The notes under the pieces are model-generated. The model was not told the DNA's origin, made no database searches, and worked only from the letters and a program-made list of their open reading frames with translations. This document shows positions 16,308 to 28,798 of a stretch of DNA of 64,000 bases, in pieces. Source of the stretch: Felis catus (lineage: Eukaryota); assembly GCF_018350175.1 (NCBI RefSeq), contig NC_058382.1:42718001-42782000 (forward strand). The letters are read 5' to 3'. Within the stretch, counting starts at the first letter, position 1, and each line of letters starts with the position of its first letter. Made by a program: the position numbers and the translations under genes.

Positions 16308-17035
16308 GTATGAGGGAGAAAGAGAGGGAGGGAGATGAGAGTGGGGCTAGGAACAGTTGGTGCCTTCCAGAGGAGCTCTGTTCCCTCCACCAAACCTTCA
16401 GAAGCTGCTGCCTCCCAAGACCCAGGATGCAGAGCACATAAATAGGGAATAAATACGTGACCAGTGGGAGAGGCAAAATGCTGGAAAGCACACCCCAGCC
16501 CAGCTGGGTCTCTACCACCAGGATCCCTGCCCCTTGAGTCTGTGTGAAAGCCAGGCCCTCAGGCTCAGGCAGTCACCCCAGGAGAAGGGAGATCCCCACC
16601 AGGACCCAGTGAGAGGTAGACAGCGTGAAAGCTGAAGGAGCACCAAGGGGCCAGGTGGGGGAAGGGAGAGACTGGAGTATGGAGACACTCAAAGCCATCT
16701 CATGCAAGAACAAGTTTCTACTCCCAAACCGCCCCCCATCCCCATCATGCTCAGCTTCCCTCCTGCCCTCAGGCTTACCTTCTGCTCAAGAGAGAACTAG
16801 AGGTAGGAGGGCAGACTCAGTTTGCCTGACATGCTGCTGCTGGTCCCTAGGCCCCAGCGAGGCTACCAAGGGACACAAACCCTCTGATGCCATCCCTACC
16901 TCCTGGGATGCTCCTGCCCTCCCAGTTCCCCAAGAAACATCTAGGCCATGGAAGCACAGAACAGTCAGCTTCATGTTCGGGGAGCTGATCTGGGGCCCTC
17001 TGTCCAGGGCCTCTGCCTACAGCCCTTAACCAGCA

Positions 17036-20000
17036 TCAGTCAGGCAGCAGGCGGCCCAGTTCTGCTTCATCCAGCCGGTTGGTGGCCATGATGTGCTCCA
17101 GCTGCTGCCGGTAGCGTGCCAAGTCCTGCATGAAGTGGGGCACCCGGGTATTGTCCAGCACCCCATGGGGCCGCAGATGGTCTACATCCTCATAGGACAC
17201 CTGCAGGAAGGAAGCTGGGCCTCAGGGGTAGCCAGAGTGATGTGGCTTTCAGGTAGCTGGTCCTAGCTCTCGATGAATTGCTCATTGCCCTCTGCTCCTA
17301 GAATGCCTCCTTCTACCCTCTGGATCCACTCCAAGGTTACATACCCTGAGGCTCAGTCCTGGATGTGTTTGTTCTCTCTTCGAACACTTGGTATCGTCCG
17401 TGCCCCACAGCCCCACTCTTGTCTCCAGCCCAGCTTTTCCCCTCACCTCCAAATGCAGGTATCAAGCTGACTCCTCAGCACCTTCCCCTGGATCTCCCTC
17501 AGACACCTCAGATCCCACACCCAATGCTGAACTGGGTGCCAACTTATGCCAGCCCCACCTTCCGCAAAGTTCTCTAGGCCAGCTCAAGGGAAAGAACCTG
17601 GAATATGTCACCCTCCAACTCAGGGTGGTCTTTGAGTTAGAGGGATTCCATTCTCTGAAGAGTGTTCCCCAGCTTGCTCCTCCCTCTGTATGGCTACTGT
17701 CCAGTTAGGCCAGACCACCAATTCTTCAGAAGTGATTGGAGAGGTGGCTTCCTCCTCCCCCCACACTCCCTTCCCTAGGCCTCTCTCTCCAATCCACCTC
17801 CCACTTAACATCCACAGGAAGCCCTCTAAAGTAAAAATGACATTTCTCTGGCACAAAAACCCAGAGCCAGAGACTTGGTCTCTGGCCACTTCTCCAGCCT
17901 CCTTCCCCAGCCTTTCCTGACTGCTCCCCTGGCCTGAATGCTCACCTCCTTTGAAATGCAGTATCCACCCACACACCTGAAGTCTAGGTCAGGCACCTAC
18001 TTTTGCTGCCAGGTTGTCACTTCACTTTTGTTCACCTCCACCCAGGTTCCCCCCACCAGAGGAGCTTGGCACCCAGTCCTTACTCGAGCACCCATCAGAG
18101 GCTCAGGGAACACTGCAGTGACAAGGAGACCTGACTGGGATCTCTTAGAGGTCCGTGGCCCCCTACCTTGCCCAGTGAAGTCAGCAGTGGGAAATCGATG
18201 GTCTGGCGGTGCCGGAGAATGCGCACGATGCCATCCAGGTACACCTGATCCTTGCTGAAGCAGCCTGTGGGCACGGGAGGGCCATGAGCCCCTGGCCGGA
18301 ATCCCACCCTCCTCGCTCCTGCTCAGGGCACTGCCCCCCACCCCGCACCCCCAGGTTTCCTTCAGGGCAACCCTCCCAACACAGCACGGGTGCCCACCCG
18401 GCAGCGAGGTGTCAGTCTGCCCGCGCTTGGCGCGCACACAGTACTCCCAGCGCACGTCAGCATCCTGTACGTAGCGCGCCAGGTCCTGGAAGAGCTGGCG
18501 GAAGGACATGCGCGAGGCGCGGTGGATGGTGTAGTAGAGCAGTGCGGCACGCCACAGAAATGGCTGCTTGCGGAACAGCACGCTGTGCAGGCTGGCCAAG
18601 CCCTCCTCCGTGGGGTTCGCTGGCCGCAGACCGTACTGCAGCCGGCCCTCGGCGCTGTGCCACGGCTGCCGGGCGTTGTTCACTCCCCGCAGGTAGTGAG
18701 TGCCTGCAGGGAAGGCGAGGGGAAGGCGACACTGGGTGGGGCATCCAGGGGACCAACCTGTGTCCTGCTACATCCTGCAGGACCTCTAGCGGGTGAAGGT
18801 GACTCACGTACACTCCAGCCCCTAAACTCAGGCTCTCATGCAAGTTCTCCCCACCCCCATTCCCTGCCCCAGACAAATGCATACTCACCCAACCCCAGGC
18901 AGCGGGAAGACCCTCCTCAGGTGAACTTGCACCCAAAGACTCAGAGTCCCACACACAAGAATCCTCCCCACCTATCCAGGGCTACACACACAAACAACTC
19001 TCCCAAACTCACACTGCCTCCCTATGTTGCCCCCTCTACCCCCTGAGAAGCAGGAACTCACAAACCACCCCGGGCCCCACATCCTGCATGCCCATATCAT
19101 GTTGAAAGTCATGCTGATGACCCCCAGTGATAAACACCTTTTGCCCAGAGCTACAGAATTCTTGATGAGGAGACACAGACAGAAAGGAATAGTAATTAGT
19201 GTCCCATGTTCTCCATTTCAGCTCAGCCTATCCCCTCCTAAAACCTGGCTTTGTGTCCTCAACCAATTCCATTCCTAGGATCTGGCCTTCCACCCACCCT
19301 GGAGGGCCTCCATGTTGGCTGGGCTAGTGCAACCCTCAGGGTACTCCCTCTGGCCTGTCCAGGCCTCAGCAACCTTGTCCCCACTGTCAAGGGAAATCAG
19401 AAAGGAAGCAGAGGGACAAAAGATACCCAAAGGGAGCAAGAGATGAGGGTGAGCCCAGAGAGTGGGCAGGCATGTTCTGGCCTACCTCTGTGAGCCAGAG
19501 GGAGTAGGTAGCTGCTCACGAAGGGAAAGGGCCCGTCCTCCGGAAGGAAGGGGAAGAAAGAGAGGGGGTGGGGTTACTGGGGCCCCTCACTGCCCACCAC
19601 CCCATCCCAGCCCCCTCTCATCCTACCCACCCACCCACCTACCCACACCCTGACCTATCTCGTGCCGCAGCATGCCCTCCAACCAATACTGGCGGGCTCC
19701 AGTCAGGTTGATGGCCAATGTTGGTCGGCTGTTCTCCACCATCATCACTGCCTGGGACAGCAGGTCCTCACTCAGCTGCACAACAACCTGCAGGTGGTAG
19801 TGACCTAAGCCATGGCCACCAGCCCTGGGGCCAGTATGCAGGTGGACATGCTGATGCCAAAGGGTAGCCAGGCCACACACCTGGCCCGGGCACCCACACT
19901 TTACCACCTTTGCTCAGAGCCAGCTCCCACCTTACTGGGGCAGGGATAGGGGCTTGGCTGGGGTCACTATCTGGCCACGTGTAGAGCTGGGCCTGGCATC

Positions 20001-20850
20001 AGCAGCCTGGTTTGGGGCACATAGAAAAGGGGCCCGGAAGACCGGGCTGGCTCACCTCCCCAACGCAGCCCTCCTTCTGCATGTATTTGCGCACAATAGA
20101 CCAGATCTGGCACTTGGTCAGCAGCTGGCCCCCAGTTGCAGCTTCAAAGCGTTCATAGGTACCAAATTTCTCCAGGACAGCCTCAATGATGCCTACTGCC
20201 TGCACATAGGGTTGCAATGGCTGGTCAGACCAGGCCTCTTGGGTGGTCAGGCCAGGGTGAGGTGGGCAGGCTAGACTGACCTGATGGATGAACTGTCCAG
20301 AAGCCTCACAATACTTCTCCAGCACAGCCGTGGGCATGGGCTCCTGGTATTCGAACTGTGGGTTGTAGGTATAGTGGGACTGGAAGAACTTGTCCCGCTC
20401 ACGGTCCATGTTAGTTGGCCGCAAAGCCACCAACATGCAAGGGCTCTTGCTGGCACCACGGCCTGCATCCTTTCGACTCTTAGCAATATGAGGAAGAGAG
20501 GCTGCAGACCTCAGGGTGCCCCCACCTGGGTCCCGTCCCCGTCCGGGTGGGGCCCGACCCTGGGTGCCACCCCCCCGCCGGCCAGTACTATTTACAGTAT
20601 AGGTGCTCTCACTGCGACGCATGTGGCCACGGTGGCCCAAGTGCAGCTCTGAGAAGGGCTGCAGCTCAGGCTGGGGCCGCAGGGCTGAGGGGATTGACAG
20701 AGCCAGGGGCAAGGCCAGGGACCGAGGCCAGGGGTACAGCAGTGTCCCATCTCGGTCTGAGGGCTTCAGCCTATGGCGCAAGGACGAGGGACTGGCTGGT
20801 GGGCTGGGGGGTGCCTGCTCATACACCTGAGCCCCTGAGTCCAGCACCAT
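17036..20850 (-). CDS. MATCAP1: Microtubule-associated tyrosine carboxypeptidase 1 (KIAA0895L), 471 aa
   Basis: Exons 20850-20281, 20199-20056, 19787-19655, 18703-18398, 18264-18167, 17200-17036 (1416 nt). Starts MVLDSGAQ; zinc motif HEIGTH; ends ELGRLLPD*. Confidence 0.95.
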
Positions 20851-21329
20851 TCTGTCCTGGGGGTCACATCCAGCCGAGTCACTCCAACTCCCCACACTGT
20901 CGACTTCTGGGGACAAAGAAGGGCATGTGGAGGCCAGTATGAGTGGCTGTGGCCTGAGAATCAGCAGGCCTGTGCTCCATACTGTCCATGCTGGGTGGGT
21001 GCTTAGTGGGCTCAGGGTCTGCCACCAAGGGTCTGGGGAGCTGCCCCCTCCCTCACCTCCATCCCAGTGTCCATGCCTTCCAGCAGGCTCACCCAAGGAA
21101 GCTGGACTGGGGGAAAGCAGGAGGCAGAACTTACACACCCACCTCGACAGCGGTTAGTTACTGGAATCCCCTTAGCCTATGAGCTGCTGAGAACAAGGCC
21201 TGAGCCTCTACTCATGGTTTTATCTCCTGTGCTCAGCACCCACACAGGCTGGGAGCTGGGACAGTATAGCCTCAGTTGCTGGGGTGATCAGTGAGGGGCT
21301 CTCACCACCTTCTACCTGCCTTCCGTCTA

Positions 21330-23230
21330 TGGCCCTTTGTCAGTCTCATCCCTCCCCTCCCACCTGCTCCACCACTCCTCCAGCCCAGTTGGCCTCAGTC
21401 AGTTTGAATGCCTGCATGCTCCTTGCTTATGTTAGTCTCTCCACCTGGAATGCTCTCTTTCCTCTGGATCATCTGTGCAAATCCAAATTAGAATCAGCTT
21501 TTGGGGAGCAGAGGGAGACTTTAGCAAACTCAAGCCAATCCCTAGTCTGTCTCCTCTCAGAGGCCTCTTTCTAGTGGTCATCCAAGGCCAGTGTTTGGAC
21601 CTTTACTCCTGACTCTGTACTAGGGCTCAGAACAATCCAGTCTCTCCCCGAAAGTCTGACTGAAGTCTCCAGATTCTGAACTCTCTTGCCTATTCAGGGA
21701 TACAATTCCAGCATTTCTCCAACATCGTCAATCTCTTCCTCTACCAGATTCTTTCCATCAGCATAAACACTTGCTGTTATTTCTGTCTTAAAAAATCAAA
21801 AGCAAACCCTCACTTGACCCCACGCTCTCCCAGGCCCACCGCACTTCCCTCCAGCTGCTCCTTATTGCAGCACAACATCCCAAGTCATCTGCACGGAGTC
21901 GCTGACTCCTTCTTTCCTGTTCTCTCTTACATTTCACTCCAGCTAGGCGTTTACCCCACTCTCCATTGAAACCGATCTGACCAAGGTCATCAATGATCAC
22001 ATATTGATCAGCGCACTCAACATAATTAATCATTTCATCTTGGAAACACGTTCTCTACTTGGCTTCCCAAATACACTCAAACATATTCTCCTACTTCACT
22101 GGCTGTTCATTCTTGGTCTTCATTGTTCATCATTCCTATCTTCCTGATCTCTTAATGTTGTCATGCCTCAGGGCTTGGAAACTTCTATGGAAACTTCTCT
22201 CCTCTTCTCCATTTATGCTTACTTCCAAGGGTGATCTCATTCACTTTCATGGTTTCAAAAACATCAGCCCAAACTTCTATAAACTTCAAGCTGGTGTTGC
22301 CAGTTCTCAAGTCAATATCTTTACTTGAATTTACAACAGGCATCTCAAACTGAACATGTCCCCTGTCTGGAATGCTTCCCCCTCATATTAACTGCAGGGC
22401 TCACTCTCCCACTTTCCTCAGATCTCTGCACAAATATGTTATTAGACAAGTTTCCCTAACACACTCTCTGTAAAATAGTAAACCTCCCCCTCTTTCCTCT
22501 CCGCCACAATCTTCCCTTCCCCATGTTATTTTCTGAAGCAGTTATCACCATCTGAAGTACAGTATATGTCATTACTAGTTACCTCCCTTCTCCTTTTGAA
22601 TGTTCACAGCTGTGTCCTCAGAACCCAGAATAGTATCTGACCCAGAGCAGTTACTCAATAAATGGGATGAACCCGAGAGCCCTGCTCCTTTGCAGAACTG
22701 GAATCATTCCTTCCACACACTCTGTTTCCCTGTATAGATCTGATCCCCCATCCCTACCTCCCTCCGTTCTGCCTAGTAACCACCTGTTTGAAAAAATTTC
22801 AGGCCTCAGGCTTCATTCTTCTCAACTAACTGTACACTTTTCTGGACTCCTCACTGATCTCTGGGCCTCTCCCTAGACCAGTCCCCTTCATCTCCCCCAC
22901 CCCTTCTTTCATTCGACCTAGCTCTTCATTCGACCAAGAATACGCCTGCTTCTCTCATGTCTCAGTTCTTTTGCCAAGAATGCCCTCCCAATGTCTCCCT
23001 GTAGCAAACTCCTAACCATTTTTCAGGGTTCGGTTTAGGCCTCACCTCCTCCCGGAAGCCTTCCTGGCGTCTTGGAGGCTCCCAGTGTCTAGGCGGCTTC
23101 TTTACCACTGTGTCACTGTCGGAGCCTAGGTCTGTGTCTCCCCACCTCCCCCTTAACTCCTTGAGGGCAGGGACGGGTCTGATTGACCCTCATGTCTCAA
23201 GCACCCAGCACTACAAGCAGAATGAATGAA
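21330..23230 (+). mobile_element. cluster of old L2 LINE fragments in MATCAP1 intron 1
   Basis: L2-like body, plus two L2 3' ends (CCTGTCTGGAATGCTTCCC...CTCAATAAAT near 22660; GAGGGCAGGGAC...GAATGAATGAA ending near 23229). Boundaries approximate. Confidence 0.6.
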
Positions 23231-23299
23231 AGATGGCTGGGGAGGAGCCCAGACAGAAGGCGGAGTCCAGTGACAAATAAGAGGGTGTGGCCTGCGCCA

Positions 23300-23990
23300 A
23301 TAAAAAACTCCGGGAGAGGGTAACGTGGAAGAGGAGCCAATGGGGACGGAGAGATGGAGGAGGGGCGTGACCTGTAGCCAATAAGTGGTGGAGGATGGGG
23401 CAAAGGGCGTGGCCAACCGAGGGCGGAGCCAGAGGACAATGGAGCAGGGGGGAGGGAGGTACCCGCTCAGATGAGTAGGGGTCGCGCCGCATGCCTTCGC
23501 GGCCTCTCGGAGGTGGAGGGTTCCGTCCGCGTACCGCGCCCCCACCTTTTCGTTCCTCTTCTCGCCACCACCGTTCCCGCTCCGCAACACCAATCGCCGC
23601 CGCCCACCCCGCGGACGCCGACGCTGGTGACGCACGCACTTGGGTGCGCGCACGCTCACACGAAGGCGCGCGTTTTCGCGTCAACCTCGGCGGCGGCGCG
23701 CACCCAAGAACACAGCTGGGGGTGGGACCAGTCAAAGCAGAGGGGGCGGTGTCCGCCACTAGGTCCCGCCCCTGGGCGCGGCGATGTCCTAAGCCCGCCC
23801 CTCCACGAGGGCTGGGGGAGTTTCAGGGCTTCAGGTGCTACTCAGCTTCAGAGTCAGGGCCTGGAGACCCGAGCTCACTGCCCTGGTGCGGATAGGTGGG
23901 TCTGTAGTCTGCGTACAGAGGCAGAAGCTCCCGTACTTGAGAATGCGGTCCATACAGGGCTGATGCCGGGATAGGTGAGGCGCAGCCCAT
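23300..23990 (-). promoter_or_regulatory. CpG island, probable MATCAP1 promoter and non-coding exon 1
   Basis: Dense CpG, with CCAAT and GC boxes. Possible minus-strand donor CGG|GTACCT at 23463/23462. Confidence 0.6.
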
Positions 23991-24131
23991 ATCAGGACTG
24001 GAGCCAGGATACCTTAGGCGTATTCACTGAGTGTGGACCCCCTAGTCTTTACACTTTTATTTCATCCCCCTTCCCCAATACACAATTCAGACATCCAGGG
24101 GCTGTGGCTGTATTCCGGGGGCAGCCGGGCG

Positions 24132-27100
24132 TCAGGCACAGGGCCCGGAGGGAAGGCAGGAGGACAGCGCAGGAGTAGGTACTGGCACGAGGCTAAAGAG
24201 TGCCCGGTGACCCGCAGAGAGAGAGGGCTGTGGGCCGGCCTGCAGGGAGCTGAGTGCGGCCAGGCGCTGCTCTCGGGACACATCCCCGCGCAGGTCCAGG
24301 AGGGCAGAGACATGATCCTCGCTATGGGGACCCCAAAGAGGTGTGTGTCAGCTCCGCCCCGTTCCTCCTCCCCGTCCCCCCACCAACACCAGTCTTCGCA
24401 CCTCACGTCGGGAAATTTTTGTCGTAGGCCTGCCACCTCGAGGCCGAGCAGCATGGGGTCACGGAGGTTCAGTAGATCCCGCAGAGAGAGGAGCACCGGT
24501 GCGCAGTGAACACTCTCCTCCAGGCCCTGAGCACCCCAGAGTAGGTCTCGAACCCGCCCTCGACTCCCACCCAACCACTGAGACTCCCGCCCATCTGCTC
24601 GCCTAAGGAGCTCTCACCAAACCAAGGAAAAGCTCCCGAAGCTGGGCCGCATCGTTCTGCAGGCGCTGCGCTGCCTGGATCCTCTCGTCGGCTCCTCGGC
24701 ACACTAGGCGGCCCTGCATCAATGCACGTAGGTACTGCAGTACCACCGTGCGCTCCGCCTCAGCCAGGAGAAGCTGCAGAGAACGCAATGAGTCCAAGAC
24801 GCCTTTCCTATGGGCGCTTCCCTGCTTCCCAGCCTCTCCCTTAAGCGCACCTGGACTGCAGGATTCCGCACTCGCCTGAAATCCTGGCAGAAGCGCACCG
24901 TCCGCTCGCATACATCGTCCAGCAGCTCTGGGCTCGACAGCCACCGGCGCGAGGGCAGAGCTTCGAACAGGGGCTGGGGGGTGGGGTTGGGCAGAGACGG
25001 GGCTGGAGGAACGTTCAGACCTAGCATTTCCCCAGCAAAGACCCATACATATATATGCTGTATCTCCTAACCCTAACCCTAACCCTAACCCCATCCCCAC
25101 CTGAAGACTTACCTGAAGCTCCGCCAGCAGCGCCTCCAACACCAGGCGGCAGATCCTCCTCTGCAACTCGTCCAGCCCTGCCTCCACCGGAGCCAAGTCT
25201 CCTGACGCCGCCCCGTCGGGCTGCAGGACGGACACGGAGGAGCTGGACCGACCAAAAGTTATGGCTTCAGGACCAAGGCCAAGGCCCTCACGGCCCTCTG
25301 TTGTCTAGCCACGCTGACGCCACCTACCGGCATAAGTTTGTGGAGGGAGGGGGCACTACCAAAGATCTGGGCCTTAGATTGAAGCTGGGAGTGATAGGCT
25401 CCGACAGCTAGAAGAAACCCAGCCAGAACTGCCTCTAATTTGCAGTGTAACTTTGCGCAAATCATGTCTTTTGGTTTCTGTTTGGGTAAGGGAAGCCTTA
25501 GGAGTGAATAAAAAATCATCATTAACTTGTTTGTCCTCTCTGCCCCCACCTCAAAGAACATAAGACCTAAAAGGAAGGGAATTTTTTTTTCTGTTATGCT
25601 CACAATTGCAACCACAGCCATTATTATGTGGCACAGAGTAGGACTTTGATATGATACTATGTGCCAGGTAGGCACTATGGTAGGTACTTCACATCTATTT
25701 TCTTATGTGATTTTCAGAACGTACCATTATTACTCACATGATACTTATGAAAACAAGATTCAGAGAGATTAGGTAACTCACTCAAGGTCACACAGCAATT
25801 AGTAGAACTAGGATTGGACTCCCAGGGTTAAGTGAGTCCAAAATTTCTAATGGTCTAGTGTGGACTGCGTCCATACCTAATTGGGGTTCAATCAGCGGTT
25901 CTGTGGGGGCCTCCTAGTACCTGAGTGCTGACTGGTAGTTGAGGGTGGCCAGTAGGTAGGGCACGTAATGAGGAGCCATTGCTTCCCCCCTGATGTGGTC
26001 TCGGGAGAATCGGATCAGAGCATCACTAAAGCTGCAAAGGGCAGAGATAGTTCCTGTACCTGTCACTCTGGTATCCCCACAACCTGAGTCCCTGGTACTC
26101 CAGCCCCACCTCCAAGAGACTCAAGACCTTGTTTTGAAGGAGCCCCTTCCCACTGGTGTGCCTTATTCACTCAGAGACCCTTTAGGCAACCCCAGGAGCC
26201 GGGCAAGGGGTTGGGAGTGGGTCAACGCCTTGGCAGACCTCCTCAGGAATGTGCCCAGTTCTGACAGCGCCATGCCATGCACCCGCCGCTGCAGTGACTC
26301 ACTGACCAGGCTGGTCACGCGAATGTTCTCTTCCAGGATCTACAGGCAGAAATGGGTGGCCCTCAGCAGAGTCCTAGTCCTTCTCTCCTCCCCTTTCCCT
26401 ATGGGGGCTTCCCACCTGCCTGGTCTCTTCCCACCCACCTGGAGCACTATGGCCGGCAACGGTGAGTGATAGAAGCCAGAAGAGTCTGTGCCAGGTTCCT
26501 GCTCTCGGTTCCACTCAGCTACCTCCCCATCCAGTGCCTTCTGAAGCCACTGGGCCACATTAACCTGGGGGAAGGGGCAAAGGGCAGCAGGATACTGCTG
26601 TAGCAAGGCACTGCTGCTGCTAGAGACAGGGAGACCTGTAACTCTACAGATACAGGCCCACAGCTGGTGGCAGAGCTTCTCTGTGCCTGGGCCCCAACTA
26701 CTCACCTGGATTTGGGTCACAAACATTGCCTCCAGCTGTTCAATGTTCTCTGGGGTCAGGAGGGGCTCCAGCTGAGACACATCAGCCTCAGGCCCCAACT
26801 CCAGGCTCCCCATCATTTCTGGCCTAGAGGTGGGTAGCCCAGTGTCACTCTGAGCCCCAGCCTCTGATCCACCCACTTCTCATTGCCCCAAGGGTACTGA
26901 CCCCAGGTACACATGCAGTGTCCAATGCAGTAAGGCGAAGGCGTCAGCAGCTCCTAGCTTAGGCCCTTCCAGCAGTTGCTGCAGGCATCGACGCAGTCCA
27001 CTGTGCAGGGTGTGGGCCCAGAGCCGGACCACCTTGTAGTGTGGTGGGCAGCAGGGTGCCACTAGTGCTTCAGCTGTGGCCAACTCAGCTGGTAGAGCCA

Positions 27101-28798
27101 CCCGCAGAGCCTCCAGCCACCCTGCCAAGGCCCCTGGCTCAAGCAGCAGAGGTGTCCCAAAGTGGGTCCTCTCCAGGCCCTCCTGCAGTGCCTGCAGACA
27201 GCGCCGCTGCCAGTCCCGGGGGGGAAGCTCCAGGGAGGTTGTGTGCCTAGCATCCACCTCTGCCACACGCACAGCAGCCACCAGCAAGGCTGGGTCCTCC
27301 CGTGCCAGCCGCCCTGCCACCCCCGCAGCCGCCTCCACAGCCTGGCCCAATGCCTCAGCTAGAGGGCCCAACCCCTCGAAGACTGGCAACTCCAGGCCCC
27401 CCAGAGGTGCCCACGTCTCCTCTTGCAGCTGCTCCAGCTCCCGAAGGCACACATATGCCTCCAAGAGCCGCTGGGCACCAATCAGGGTCCGTGTGTGGGC
27501 CACTGCAGCTGGCACTAAGAGGGGAGAAGATGAAACAGCCCTGAGTCTCAACCCTCCCACCTGTGCAATGGGTACAACAGTGGATGCTGAAGCCCTAGGG
27601 CTGGAGTGATGTGTAAAATGTTTGACAACCAGTACAGCAGAGCACTGACCAATCTGAAAGGACCCAGGGAAGGGCCTAGAGGCCTGGTAGGCCAGGTGTA
27701 AATCCCTGAGCTGATGAAACAAGAGGAAGTGAGGCAGGGAGGAACTCGGGGGGGGGGGGGGGCATGCTAATGGCTATTTACTCACTCTGTTAAGGAAGTA
27801 TTTCAAAAAATTAGCAACCAGGGTGGCCAGAGCCACTTGGTTGGGTCTCAGTCCTGACTCACACAACCTATGCTTGAGAATCCCAGAATAAGCTAATTTG
27901 TATCCTGCTTCATATGCCACTTGAGGCCTGAGTTACTCTCTCGGAGGTCCCTGCTGTGTCCCTCCATGCTATCTCCCACTAGTGCCCCAGCCCCTTGATC
28001 AGTGATGGGTGTTTACTGACTGTTAGTGGGCTGAGGCCCAGGGCCCCCACATACTCACCTGCCCGCAGCCGGGGCAGCAGCTGAGACAGGACCTGCAGCT
28101 GCTTGTGCTGGGCAACTTGTTCTCGCAGTGGTTTTAGGGTCTCTGTGGCCTCCACCATACCCTGGAGCAACCCATGGGCCTGGTCTAGGGCCTCACGGGT
28201 TCCCTGCACAGCCTCAAAAGCCTGGGCCAGCTGCCACACACCAGTCTTCACGCCCTCCAGGTAGGACTGCACCACCGACTATAGTGGGGAGACAGCTAGT
28301 GAGGCCTAGCCAGTCCTGCAGCCCATCCCCAGCTCTCCTACCCCCTGACCGATTGACCAATGTCCACCTTAATGCGTGCTTCCAGGGAACAGGTACGTTG
28401 AACTTCACGGCTGCGGTACTGGCCCAGCCTGGCCAGCTGCTCTGGCCGGTAGAAGATGCCCGAGGCCCATTTGAGTGCTGCTCCTCTGGCCAGCTGCTCC
28501 GCCCTCTCTTGCTCTGGCCACTCAGGCCCTGGGCAGGAAGACCCTGGGCAGCCTCATCAGCTGGGCAGGGCCTACAGGAAACGGCCCAAACCTGCTCCCC
28601 TTCCTACTTCTCAGACTGTCCCCCTAGGGCAGTCTGATCCATTCCTCTTGCTGCCCCATGGAGCTCCAGCCAGACCTGGCAAGGAGGCTCCAACCCCGAC
28701 ATTCCCATCTTTCTTGCCACCGTCCCTCCCTTAGCCCGCCCAGGACTCATACCAGGGGGAAGTGAGGGCTGCATTTCATCCTTGGTTGCTGAGTCCAT
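24132..28798 (-). CDS. EXOC3L1: Exocyst complex component 3-like 1, 739 aa
   Basis: Exons 28798-28753, 28528-28368, 28278-28059, 27514-26902, 26823-26706, 26564-26439, 26339-26239, 26031-25921, 25242-25113, 24973-24851, 24773-24618, 24526-24402, 24321-24132 (2220 nt). Sec6-family sequence starting MDSATKDEMQP. Minus-strand AATAAA at 24061-24056. Confidence 0.94.
25068..25091 (-). repeat. (TTAGGG)n-type interstitial telomeric repeat, 4 units
   Basis: Plus strand TAACCC x4 inside an EXOC3L1 intron. Confidence 0.95.
25630..25830 (-). mobile_element. MIR SINE
   Basis: GTGCCAGGTAGGCACT...GAAAACAAGATTCAGAGAGATTAGGTAACTCACTCAAGGTCACACAGC is the reverse complement of the MIR core. Confidence 0.7.

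Noticed and set aside
18209-19046. 195-aa and 218-aa plus-strand ORFs
   Set aside because: Antisense shadows of GC-rich MATCAP1 coding exons.
23153-24509. Several 130-180 aa ORFs over the MATCAP1 CpG island and the EXOC3L1 3' end
   Set aside because: Stop-poor GC-rich sequence giving Arg/Pro/Ala-rich translations with no domain.
27076-27609. 177-aa plus-strand ORF
   Set aside because: Antisense to the large EXOC3L1 exon.
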